From the NCBI GenBank assembly GCA_040954595.2, contig CM082589.2, forward strand, positions 9,498,894 through 9,562,893: a stretch of 64,000 bases of DNA, read 5' to 3'. Each line of letters begins with the position of its first letter. Position 1 is the stretch's first letter. The notes below the pieces were generated by a model. That model was not told the DNA's origin, made no database searches, and saw nothing but the letters and a program-made list of their open reading frames with translations. The position numbers were made by a program, and so were the translations under genes. The stretch comes from Balanoglossus misakiensis (Eukaryota > Animalia > Hemichordata). Positions 33,651 to 45,500 of the stretch are shown piece after piece.

Positions 33651-34059
33651 TAAAGAATTCAGGGACGAAACACCAAAAAAACCCAGGGAATGGCCTGCAG
33701 CACCAGGGGGAGAGGGGATTTTCCAAGATGTAGCAGAATCTGGCTCATGTAACAGTATAGCTGATCAGCCTTTTTGTTATGTAGGTTTTTCACCTGACCT
33801 TTCAAACTTTGTAAATGGTGTAGCTTTTGATGCTCACAATTTGTATTGCCACATTTCTGTACTTTTCGACTGTGCCCTCTCGCATCATGTTCTAGCAAAG
33901 GCTATATCAGGTACCAAGACCTTCCAGTACCAGGAATTTTTAGTACCCACCGTTGTTGACACTCCACTTCTTCCAGTTATTCCGGCCTGGGTCCCCCCAC
34001 ACACGACTGATTGGCCCCCATGTTCGCCAGTTTCACACGAGTAGGTCCTACAAGCGCAC

Positions 34060-35640
34060 ATGACAGTTTTCACTTCCGGAAAACCAAACTTTGCCGGAGT
34101 GCGTATCCCTGTTCCCATTGCACTAAACATTCCAGCATGGCGAGCCAGACTTCCTGACAGGCACAGCGGAATTATAGTTGACTTTCTTGAATTTGGTTGG
34201 CCCATCAATTTCACTGGTAATTGCTTGCCACTTGCTAGCAGGCGCAACCATAGATCCGCCTTGCAATTTGCTCACCATGTTGATGCCTTCGTTAGCACTG
34301 AAGTTAGTCTAAAGGCCACCGCTGGACCATTCGCATCTAACCCACATACTATGCCAGTGGCTACTTCCCCGCTCTCCTCAGTCCCGAAGAAGGGGTCTCC
34401 GTATAGGCGTATTATAATGGATCTCAGTTTTCCCATCTCTAGTTCTGTCAATGCAGGTTTTTCAGCATTGACCTTCCTGCAGCAGCCTTTCCAGCTCCGC
34501 TACCCCAATATTGACACGCTGGTCGCGATTATCAGAGATTTGGGTCCCGGTTGTCTCTTGTTTAAACTAGACTTGAGTAGGGCTTACAGACAATTGCCAG
34601 TGGATCCCCACGACTTTCACCTGTTGGGTTATACATGGCGAGATTCGCTCTTTATTGATCTCCGTTTGCCATTTGGGTTGCGCTCCGCGGCGCTTGCATG
34701 TCAGGCCACCACGAACACCGTGATTGCCATGTACCATAATCTGGGTTTTCGCGCAGTCAATTATTTTGGATGACTTTTGCGGCGCAGACACCCCTATACG
34801 GGCCCAGTCCGCCTTTTTAGCTTTGCGGTCTCTTCTCTCTGAATTAGGTCTACAGGAAGCCTTTGGTCAAGCTGTAACCCCCACAACTTGTCTCTCGTTT
34901 TTAGTCACAGAGGACAGGCTCACTGAGCTTTCTGAGCTTCTTGCTCATTGTTCAGGCAGGAAAAATGCCACTAGACGTCAGTTGCAGGTCCTTATCGGCA
35001 AGCTTTCATTTGTCTCTAGCCGTGTTCGTGCAGGCCGTCTTTTTATTAGCCGCATGCTTGACACGCTACGTTCTGTCCAGTCAGCGCGGCATCACATTTA
35101 CTTAAACGTGCAGTTCCAGAAAGATATCAGTTGGTGGATCTCTTTTCTTAGGCAATATAACGGCGTTTCGATTATTCCGGAACTGGTCTGGTCCACACCT
35201 AACAGCGTTATTTGTACAGATGCTTGCCTTTCAGGATGTGGTGGAATCTCAGCCTCACAGTATTTCCATGCCCCATTCCCAGATTTTGTCTTGCAGCAGC
35301 AACAGCCTATCCATTGCCTTGACATGCTCACCATCGTAGTGGCGGCCAGACTTTGGGGTGACAAATGGACAGGCCTGCGCATTCTAGTCATCAGCGACAA
35401 CAGCAGCATGGTACAGGTTCTTAACACCGGCCGCGGTCGCGACCCCTTTCTCATGTCAGCCGCGCGCGAACTTTGGTTTATTGCAGCGACACATCAGTTC
35501 GAGCTGAAAGCGCGCCTATCTTCCTGGCGCTCAGAACAGCATTGCCGATTGCTTGTCACGCTGGCATTTGGACCGCAAGTACCGCGACACCTTTGCCTCA
35601 CTCACAGGAGATAAACTTCTTGAAGAAACTCGTCCTTCAG
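34060..35640 (+). pseudogene. pol: RT / RNase H remnant
   Basis: SPLSSVPKK, RRIIMDLSFP, KLDLSRAYRQ, LPFGLRSA, NY/LDDF broken by a frameshift near 34,765, TDACLSGCGG, SDNSS. Confidence 0.9.
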
Positions 35641-35683
35641 AAGCATTGTTTTCACTAAACGTCTTATTTTAATTTATTTGCAG

Positions 35684-36170
35684 CTGTGCAGCAAGATCTG
35701 GAGTTATTAAGACAAGAGGTCAAGAACTCCCGGCTAGCAGCCTTTCGTCCCGGTACGCTCAGGAACCTGAATATTCAGTTCCGCTCCTATATAAGTTTTG
35801 CACTTCACTACGGTTTGTAAGCGGTGCCTACAACGTCCACGGTTTTGGCGCTTTATGCCCAGTTTCTTAGCAGGTCGTTTAGTAGTCCTGCATCCGTTAC
35901 CAATTATATTGCGGGTGTCAAGACACTTCATATACTGACCGGCCACAGCCTGAAACCTTTCGAATGCCTGGGTTTCAAATTGGCGCTCACAGGCATCAGA
36001 AAAAGCAGTGTCCACACACCTTCTCAGAAGTTGCCTTTGACAGTTCCCATGTTGGAGGAAATTGGCAACTATTATTGATCTTTCCAACAAGTTTCATTTA
36101 ACAGTTTGGTGCGCTGTTTTAATTGGCTTCTTTGCCTTTTTGAGGAAATCGAACTTGGTTCCTCCCTATA
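35684..36170 (+). pseudogene. Tyrosine recombinase N-terminal half (stop, frameshift, truncated)
   Basis: AFRPGTLRNL...YAQFLSRSFSSPASVTNYIAGVKTLH...QKLPLT...FFAFLRKSNLVP. Confidence 0.8.
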
Positions 36171-36229
36171 AACCAAACAACTTGTTCATATTTACTGTAT
36201 ACTAAGTGTTATTTTTTCACAATTGGGAA

Positions 36230-37792
36230 CAGGTACATCAAATACAAATAACAATGGTAGAGTCACATTATAATATTGTGAGAAATTACTAGTGTAAAGA
36301 AGAGTTATACATGGCACGGTAGGGGGCTCACTTTTTATGGGAAAGTAACAATTATAAAATCCTTGGTCAATTCACAGTTTACTCATCTTTTCATGTCTCT
36401 ACCATCTCCTGGTAATGACTTCTTTAAAAAGTATGAAACTTCAGTTTTTAGTTTTCAATTTTTTGTGGGGTGGTAAGCGAGACAAGATTAAGAGGAATAC
36501 CATCTACAATTAATATGTAAATGGGGGTCTCAATTTGACAAATTTGCCTGCCTTTAATTTGACGCTAAAGACAGCCTGGTTTTTGAGGATCATGTGAAAC
36601 AATAGTTTATTTTGTAGTAAATGGTATAAATTTGTTCTTTCCAGTTTTGGTGGGCCCCAAGTGTATTATGCCAATTTAAAAAAAGATGATTTTCATATTT
36701 TGAACCCCATTAATTCTGTTTTCTTAAGACAAATTTATTCAGCATGGCTGCAGTATAATACCACTACAGTATCTGATAAAGACGATGTATGCCAAGAACT
36801 AATTTGCAATAATTCTGAGATACGAATTAGTGATAAGCCAATATTGTGGAATAACTTTTCAAGGAATGGTGTTATTTTTATTAATGATCTTATCGATGCT
36901 AATTGTAAGTTTTATAATTATGAGCAGTTTACTACAATATATGGTAATATTTGTACACAATTTCAGTTATTATGTGCAATACCACTTGATTGGAAAAATA
37001 TTGTACATAATTCACACTCATCCAAACTACTGGTATGTAAGCCTAATTTTCGAAATCCCAATTGTTTGTCTGGTAAAAAACTCAATAGAGAGATGTACAC
37101 TTTTGTTCTGAATTTACAAACACCACAGGAGCTTTCTCCACACATAATACGTTATTGGTACGATGTATTTGATGAAGTATTTTCCTTAAAAACTGTGTTT
37201 TCGCTTCCTTTCAAATTAACAAATGATATTAAGCTTTGGAATTTTCAGTACAAACTAATAATGAAGATCTTGCCTTCAAACCGCATGCTTTACAAATGGC
37301 GAATAATTGACTCCCCACTTTGTATTTTTTGTAAAGATGTTGTAGAGGATTATTACCATCTTTTTTGGGATTGTATTTATACTAGTCGGTTTTGGATTTC
37401 AGTGAAAGAGTGTTTTTTTACTGTTACACTTAATACACTAAGGTTAAGTGCAATGTACTGTATTCTGGGTAATATAGATGAGGGGGGTAGTCAACTTGCA
37501 AATTTCATTCTTTTGATTGGACGTTCTTATATTTTTAAATGTAAAGTGCCGAATGTTTTGCCAAACATGCTTCAGTTTAAATCATATGTGAAATCTATTT
37601 ATAAAATAGAAGATAATGTAGCCACTACAAATGATAGACAGGGGATACATCTAGAAAAATGGGGAGCTTTTGTCAACTTGTTCGTTTATTAGTGTTCTTT
37701 TTGTGGTTTCTTTCTTTTTCTTGTCTTTGTCGACTTTTTTGTTTTTGTCCTGTATTTTTGAAATGAAAAAAAAAAAAAAAAAAAAAAAAAAA
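36230..37792 (+). mobile_element. 5'-truncated Tx1/L1-group LINE 3' end with poly(A)
   Basis: LTFYGKVTIIKSL, FLWGGKRDKIKR, GGL, ORF 36,661-37,692 with a zf-RVT-type motif (FQYKL...CIFC...EDYYHLFWDC) and terminal KW; A27 at 37,766-37,792. Confidence 0.85.
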
Positions 37793-38421
37793 GAAGAGTT
37801 ATATGTATTCAGTTTCATGTCAGTTTCTGACTTATACCAACAACAGTGTTTTCTCACATAAAATTAGGAATGATATGGATGTACTGTAATACTGTCATTG
37901 CAACTCGGTGAACACGTATTTTCATGCAGTTTTTCCAATCAAAACTGGAAATATAATGTAATGTACAAAACATGCTCTACTAAATAAACCTTATAACTTA
38001 AAACTTAAAAATTATATCTTGTTTTGAATGAGCATTGTGCTATGTGATTTGTAGTCAGCTTTTGAATAAATTACATGTGATTTTTACATATACAGGAGAA
38101 ATGAACAATGTCATTGTAATTATTTAAGGTATTAACTTCACATCTGATAGACAGGTTGGCAACCTCAGACTAAGTTCTTGGATGACTAAAAACTACAAGC
38201 AAATATTCAAACTCAGTGAATGTTCTCCAGACATGACATCTCAATGAAGCTAAGCTTAAACTACCATACTACACATGACTGAGTGTACTCCTTGCTTGAC
38301 ATGCAAAGTAGCTAAGTTGTTAAACATCAATTCTACAAAAACCTGACATTTTAACAAACAACAACAACACATACATTTACAACATTGACAATCACTGCAT
38401 TTCAGTCTGCACTTCTCCTTG

Positions 38422-39135
38422 TAGTGGGGCAGTTAACCCAAAAATCGTGCAATTTGGGTTAAAAGCATGAAACTTGGTACACTTATGGCGGCCATTTTCT
38501 GATATGGATCTAAAATGACACAGCCCTCTAGTGACCAGAAACAGATATCAAACTTTAAAATCGTGCACTTTGGGTTAAAAGCATGAAATTTGGTACAATT
38601 ATTCATTGACCCATGGCGGACATTTTCCAATATGGATCCCAAAATAGCGGCCAGAAACTGACATTCACACTTCTCTCCCATTATTGGCACTTTTTGGTCA
38701 ATTGTAACACTCAGAAACAGGATTATGGGTTGTAAAACATACTTGCTTCCATACATTCCTCTGTATATTATCCTAATTGTGATGTACATGTATCAGATCA
38801 ATCTTGATGACATTCTCCTTTACAGTAACAAAGAGCACTGCTGTCAGACTAGACCTAAAGCACCTACAGGAACATGTGCATTACTTTTTACAACTGATTT
38901 CCTGAGGTTGACTCTTTTCTTGGGCTTGACTAAGAGTTTTCCAACTTGATTTCCAATGGGATTCTGTTGGTTTGATATAGCTTTGCTAGGTTTCTCATAG
39001 CACATGTTCTTTTAGAGCTGCCTGTGTAGAAGGAATATTCTCAAGAACCCTTGACTTTCTGGAGAAGAGATATTGTCTTACCCTTTGCATGACTTTGAGT
39101 ATTCAACTGGTTCTGTTATACCGAAGAACAAATTG
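38422..39135 (-). mobile_element. Decayed Academ 3' end (protein C-terminus plus terminal region)
   Basis: Minus-strand manual translation FVLRYNRTS*...RVRQYLFSRKSRVLENIPSTQAALKEHV...SCKK*CTCSCRCFRSSL/SALCYCKGECHQD* (stop near 38,798). TAGTGG terminus at 38,422 with repeated AAAATCGTGCA..TTGGGTTAAAAGCATGAAA.TTGGTACA. Confidence 0.65.
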
Positions 39136-39594
39136 TTCAATTAGTAACATACAAGATTGATCTGATACATGTACATCAGGATTAGGAGAATATTCAAAGC
39201 GATCTGGAGCAGATAAGATAGGATGATTTTCTCCCGGCCTCCAGCATCTGCCAACTCCTGTCTGTCACCTAATAATCTGACAAGTCATAATAAGGAGATT
39301 TGTGGTTTAAATAATACTGTACTTTTGGTAGGAGTTTTTGATACAGTGTGATGGAAAAGAGGAATCAGTGTTAATTTCTTTAGATGATTGTTGATTTTGT
39401 GACATTCAGGTTTTTTTCACTATTAAACATGTCACTTGATATGCTTATTTTTTTCATGAAAAATTTAAAACAAAACTTTAAAATTACATTAGAATTTAAT
39501 GAATTTTGAATTATGGTTATCTCTTACATTATTACTACTTTTATAAATATTTACATCATAATGTGTCAATTCTTTTTATCTGAATTAATTAGAC

Positions 39595-42500
39595 TGGAAG
39601 CAACCACGGAAATTTTAGAACTATCCGTCGATCTACAGAGTATAGTGGAAAACGTTCATATGCGCATAGGCCTATCAATGTGTTCTGCGCATCACAAAAG
39701 ATTTTTGTAAACAAACGAGGATGTGTTTGGAAGCAACCATGGAAATTTTAGAACTATCCGTCGATCTACGGAGTCTAGTGGAAAACTTTCCAATGCGCAT
39801 AGGCCTATCTATGTGTTCTGCGCATCACAACAGAATTTTGTAAACAAACGAGGATGTGTTTGGAAGCAACCATGGAAATTTTAGAACTATCCGTCGATAT
39901 ACAGAGTCTAGTGGAAAACGTTCATATGCGCATAGGCCTATCTATGTGTTCTGCGCATCACAACAGATTTTTGTAAACAAACGAGGATGTGTTTGGAAGC
40001 AACCATGGAAATTTTAGAACTATCCGTCGATCTACGGAGTCTAGTGGAAAACTTTCCAATGCGCATAGGCCTATCTATGTGTTCTGCGCATCACAACAGA
40101 ATTTTGTAAACAAACGAGGATGTGTTTGGAAGCAACCATGGAAATTTTAGAACTATCCGTCGATATACAGAGTCTAGTGGAAAACGTTCTTATGCGCATA
40201 GGCCTCTCTATGTGTTCTGCGCATCACAACAGAATTTTGTAAACACACGATGCTTTGTTTGGAAGCAACCATGGAAATTTTAGAACTATCCGTCGATCTA
40301 CGGAGTCTAGTGGAAAAATTTCTTATGCGCATAGGCATATGTATGTGTTCTACGCATCACAACATAATTCTGTAAATAAACGAGGCTGTTTGGAAACAAC
40401 CATGGACATTTTACAACTGTCCGTCGATCTACAGAGTCTGGTGGAAAAGTTTCTTATGCGCATAGGCCTATTACGTGTTCTGCGCCTCACAACAGAATTC
40501 GGTAAATAAACGAGGCTGTTTGGAAGCAACCATGGAAATTTTAGAACTATCCGTCGATCTACGGAGTCTAGTGGAAAACTTTCCAATGCGCATAGGCCTA
40601 TCTATGTGTTCTGCGCATCACAACAGAATTTTGTAAACAAACGAGGATGTGTTTGGAAGCAACCATGGAAATTTTAGAACTATCCGTCGATCTACGGAGT
40701 CTAGTGGAAACATTTCCAATGCGCATAGGCCTATCTATGTGTTCTGCGCATCACAACAGAATTTTGTAAACAAACGAGGATGTGTTTGGAAGCAACCATG
40801 GAAATTTTAGAACTATCCGTCGATATACAGAGTCTAGTGGAAAACGTTCTTATGCGCATAGGCCTCTCTATGTGTTCTGCGCATCACAACAGAATTTTGT
40901 AAACAAACGATGCTTTGTTTGGAAGCAACCATGGAAATTTTAGAACTATCCGTCGATCTACGGAGTCTAGTGGAAAAATTTCTTATGCGCATAGGCATAT
41001 GTATGTGTTCTACGCATCACAACATAATTCGGTAAATAAACGAGGCTGTTTGGAAACAACCATGGAAATTTTACAATTGTCCGTCGATCTACAGAGTCTG
41101 GTGGAAAAGTTTCTTATGCGCATAGGCCTATTACGTGTTCTGCGCCTCACAACAGAATTCGGTAAATAAACGAGGCTGTTTGGAAGCAACCATGGAAATT
41201 TTAGAACTATCCGTCGATCTACAGAGTCTAGTGGAAAACGTTCTTATGCGCATAGGCCTATCTATGTATTATGCGCATCACAACAGAATTTTGTAAACAA
41301 ACGAGGATGTGTTTGGAAGCAACCATGGAAATTTTAGAACTATCCGTCGATATACAGAGTCTAGTGGAAAACGTTCTTATGCGCATAGGCCTCTCTATGT
41401 GTTCTGCGCATCACAACAGAATTTTGTAAACAAACGATGCTTTGTTTGGAAGCAACCATGGAAATTTTAGAACTATCCGTCGATCTACGGAGTCTAGTGG
41501 AAAAATTTCTTATGCGCATAGGCATATGTATGTGTTCTACGCATCACAACATAATTCTGTAAATAAACGAGGCTGTTTGGAAACAACCATGGACATTTTA
41601 CAACTGTCCGTCGATCTACAGAGTCTGGTGGAAAAGTTTCTTATGCGCATAGGCCTATTACGTGTTCTGCGCCTCACAACAGAATTCGGTAAATAAACGA
41701 GGCTGTTTGGAAGCAACCATGGAAATTTTAGAACTATCCGTCGATCTACGGAGTCTAGTGGAAAACTTTCCAATGCGCATAGGCCTATCTATGTGTTCTG
41801 CGCATCACAACAGAATTTTGTAAACAAACGAGGATGTGTTTGGAAGCAACCATGGAAATTTTAGAACTATCCGTCGATCTACGGAGTCTAGTGGAAACAT
41901 TTCCAATGCGCATAGGCCTATCTATGTGTTCTGCGCATCACAACAGAATTTTGTAAACAAACGAGGATGTGTTTGGAAGCAACCATGGAAATTTTAGAAC
42001 TATCCGTCGATATACAGAGTCTAGTGGAAAACGTTCTTATGCGCATAGGCCTCTCTATGTGTTCTGCGCATCACAACAGAATTTTGTAAACAAACGATGC
42101 TTTGTTTGGAAGCAACCATGGAAATTTTAGAACTATCCGTCGATCTACGGAGTCTAGTGGAAAAATTTCTTATGCGCATAGGCATATGTATGTGTTCTAC
42201 GCATCACAACATAATTCGGTAAATAAACGAGGCTGTTTGGAAACAACCATGGAAATTTTACAACTGTCCGTCGATCTACAGAGTCTGGTGGAAAAGTTTC
42301 TTATGCGCATAGGCCTATTACGTGTTCTGCGCCTCACAACAGAATTCGGTAAATAAACGAGGCTGTTTGGAAGCAACCATGGAAATTTTAGAACTATCCG
42401 TCGATCTACAGAGTCTAGTGGAAAACGTTCTTATGCGCATAGGCCTATCTATGTATTATGCGCATCACAACAGAATTTTGTAAACAAACGAGGATGTGTT

Positions 42501-45500
42501 TGGAAGCAACCATGGAAATTTTAGAACTATCCGTCGATATACAGAGTCTAGTGGAAAACGTTCTTATGCGCATAGGCCTCTCTATGTGTTCTGCGCATCA
42601 CAACAGAATTTTGTAAACAAACGATGCTTTGTTTGGAAGCAACCATGGAAATTTTAGAACTATCCGTCGATCTACGGAGTCTAGTGGAAAAATTTCTTAT
42701 GCGCATAGGCATATGTATGTGTTCTACGCATCACAACAGAATTCGGTAAATAAACGAGGCTGTTTGGAAACAACCATGGAAATTTTACAACTATACGTCG
42801 ATCTACGGAGTCTAGTGGAAAAATTTCTTATGCGCATAGGCATATGTATGTGTTCTGCGTCTCACAACAGAATTCGGTAAATAAACGAGGCTGTTTGGAA
42901 GCAACCATGGAAATTTTAGAACTATCCGTCGATCTACGGAGTATAGTGGAAAACGTTCATATGCACATAGGCCTATCTATGTGTTCTGCGCATCACAACA
43001 GATTTTTGTAAACAAACGAGGATGTGTTTGGAAGCAACCATGGAAATTTTAGAACTATCCGTCCATCTACGGAGTCTAGTGGAAAACTTTCCGATGCGCA
43101 TAGGCCTATCTATGTGTTCTACGCATCACAACAGAATTTTGTAAACAAACGAGGATGTGTTTGGAAGCAACCATGGAAATTTTAGAACTATCCGTCGATC
43201 TACAGAGTCTAGTGGAAAACGTTCTTATGCGCATAGGCCTCTCTATTTGTTCTGCGCATCACAACAGAATTTTGTATACAAACGATGCTTTGTTTGGAAG
43301 CAACCATGGAAATTTTAGAACTATCCGTCGATCTACGGAGTCTAGTGGAAAAATTTCTTATGCGCATAGGCATATGTATGTGTTCTACGCATCACAACAG
43401 AATTCGGTATATAAACGAGGCTGTTTGGAAACAACCATGGAAATTTTACAACTGTCTGTCGATCTACAGAGTCTGGTGGAAAAGTTTCTTATGCGCATAG
43501 GCCTATTACGTGTTCTGCGCCTCACAAGAGAATTCGGTAAATAAACGAGGCTGTTTGGAAGCAACCATGGAAATTTTAGAACTATCCGTCGATCTACAGA
43601 GTCTAGTGGAAAACGTTCTTATGCGCATAGGACTATCTATGTATTATGCGCATCACAACAGAATTTTGTAAACAAACGAGGATGTGTTTGGAAGCAACCA
43701 TGGAAATTTTAGAACTATCCGTCGATATACAGAGTCTAGTGGAAAACGTTCATATGCGCATAGGCCTCTCTATGTGTTCTGCGCATCACAACAGAATTTT
43801 GTAAACAAACGATGCTTTGTTTGGAAGCAACCATGGAAATTTTAGAACTATCCGTCGATCTACGGAGTCTAGTGGAAAAATTTCTTATGCGCATAGGCAT
43901 ATGTATGTGTTCTACACATCACAACAGAATTCGGTAAATAAACGAGGCTGTTTGGAAACAACCATGGAAATTTTACAACTATCCGTCGATCTACAGAGTC
44001 TGGTGGAAAAGTCTCTTATGCGCATAGGCCTATTACGTGTTCTGCGCCTCACACCAGAATTCGGTAAATAAACGAGGCTGTTTGGAAGCAACCATGGAAA
44101 TTTTAGAACTATCCGTCGATCTACAGAGTATAGTGAAAAACGTTCTTATGCGCATAGGCCTATCTATGTATTATGCGCATCACAACAGAAATCGCTAAAT
44201 AAACGAGGCTGTATTTGGAAGCAACCATGTAAATTTTACAACTATCCGTCGATCTACGGAGTCTAGTGGAAAAATTTCTTATGCGCATAGGCATATGTAT
44301 GTGTTCTGCGTCTCACAACAGAATTCTGTAAATAAACGAGGCTGTTTGGAAGCAACCATGGAAATTTTAGAACTATCCGTCGATCTACAGAGTATACTGG
44401 AAAACGTTCATATGCGCATAGGCCTATCTATGTGTTCTGCGCATCACAACAGAATTTTGTAAACAAACGATGCTTTGTTTGGAAGCAACCATGGAAATTT
44501 TAGAACTATCCGTCGATCTACGGAGTCTAGTGGTAAAATTTCTTATGCGCATAGGCATATGTATGTATTCTACGCATCACAACAGAATTCGGTAAATAAA
44601 CGAGGCTGTTTGGAAGCAACCATGGAAATTTTAGAACTATCCGTCGATCTACAGAGTCTACTGGAAAACGTTCTTATGCGCATAGGCCTATCTATGTATT
44701 ATGCGCATCACAACATAATTTTGTAAACAAACGAGGATGTGCTTGGAAGCAACCATGGAAATTTTAGAACTATCCGTCGATATACAGAGTCCAGTGGAAA
44801 ACGTTCTTATGCGCATAGGCCTCTCTATTTGTTCTGCGCATCACAACAGAATTTTGTATACAAACGATGCTTTGTTTGGAAGCAACCATGGAAATTTTAG
44901 AACTATCCGTCGATCTACGGAGTCTAGTGGAAAAATTTCTTATGCGCATAGGCATATGTATGTGTTCTACGCATCACAACAGAATTCGGTAAATAAACGA
45001 GGCTGTTTGGAAACAACCATGGAAATTTTACAACTGTCTGTCGATCTACCGAGTCTGGTGGAAAAGTTTCTTATGCGCATAGGCCTATTACGTGTTCTGC
45101 GCCTCACAAGAGAATTCGGTAAATAAACGAGGCTGTTTGGAAGCAACCATGGAAATTTTAGAACTATCCGTCGATCTACAGAGTCTAGTGGAAAACGTTC
45201 TTATGCGCATAGGCCTATCTATGTATTATGCGCATCACAACAGAATTTTGTAAACAAACGAGGATGTGTTTGGAAGCAACCATGGAAATTTTAGAACTAT
45301 CCGTCGATATACAGAGTCTAGTGGAAAACGTTCATATGCGCATAGGCCTCTCTATGTGTTCTGCGCATCACAACAGAATTTTGTAAACAAACGATGCTTT
45401 GTTTGGAAGCAACCATGGAAATTTTAGAACTATCCGTCGATCTACAGAGTCTAGTGGAAAAATTTCTTATGCGCATAGGCATATGTATGTGTTCTACGCA

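Larger units (their letters stand above)
32800..36170 (+). mobile_element. Second, decayed and 3'-truncated YR (DIRS/Ngaro-like) retrotransposon of a different family
   Basis: gag remnants, RT, RNase H and YR N-terminal half in order; no terminal repeats found; ends approximate. Confidence 0.85.

Noticed and set aside
40495-40520. CENP-B box-like TTCGGTAAATAAACGAGG
   Set aside because: Spacing and core do not fit TTCGNNNNANNCGGG.
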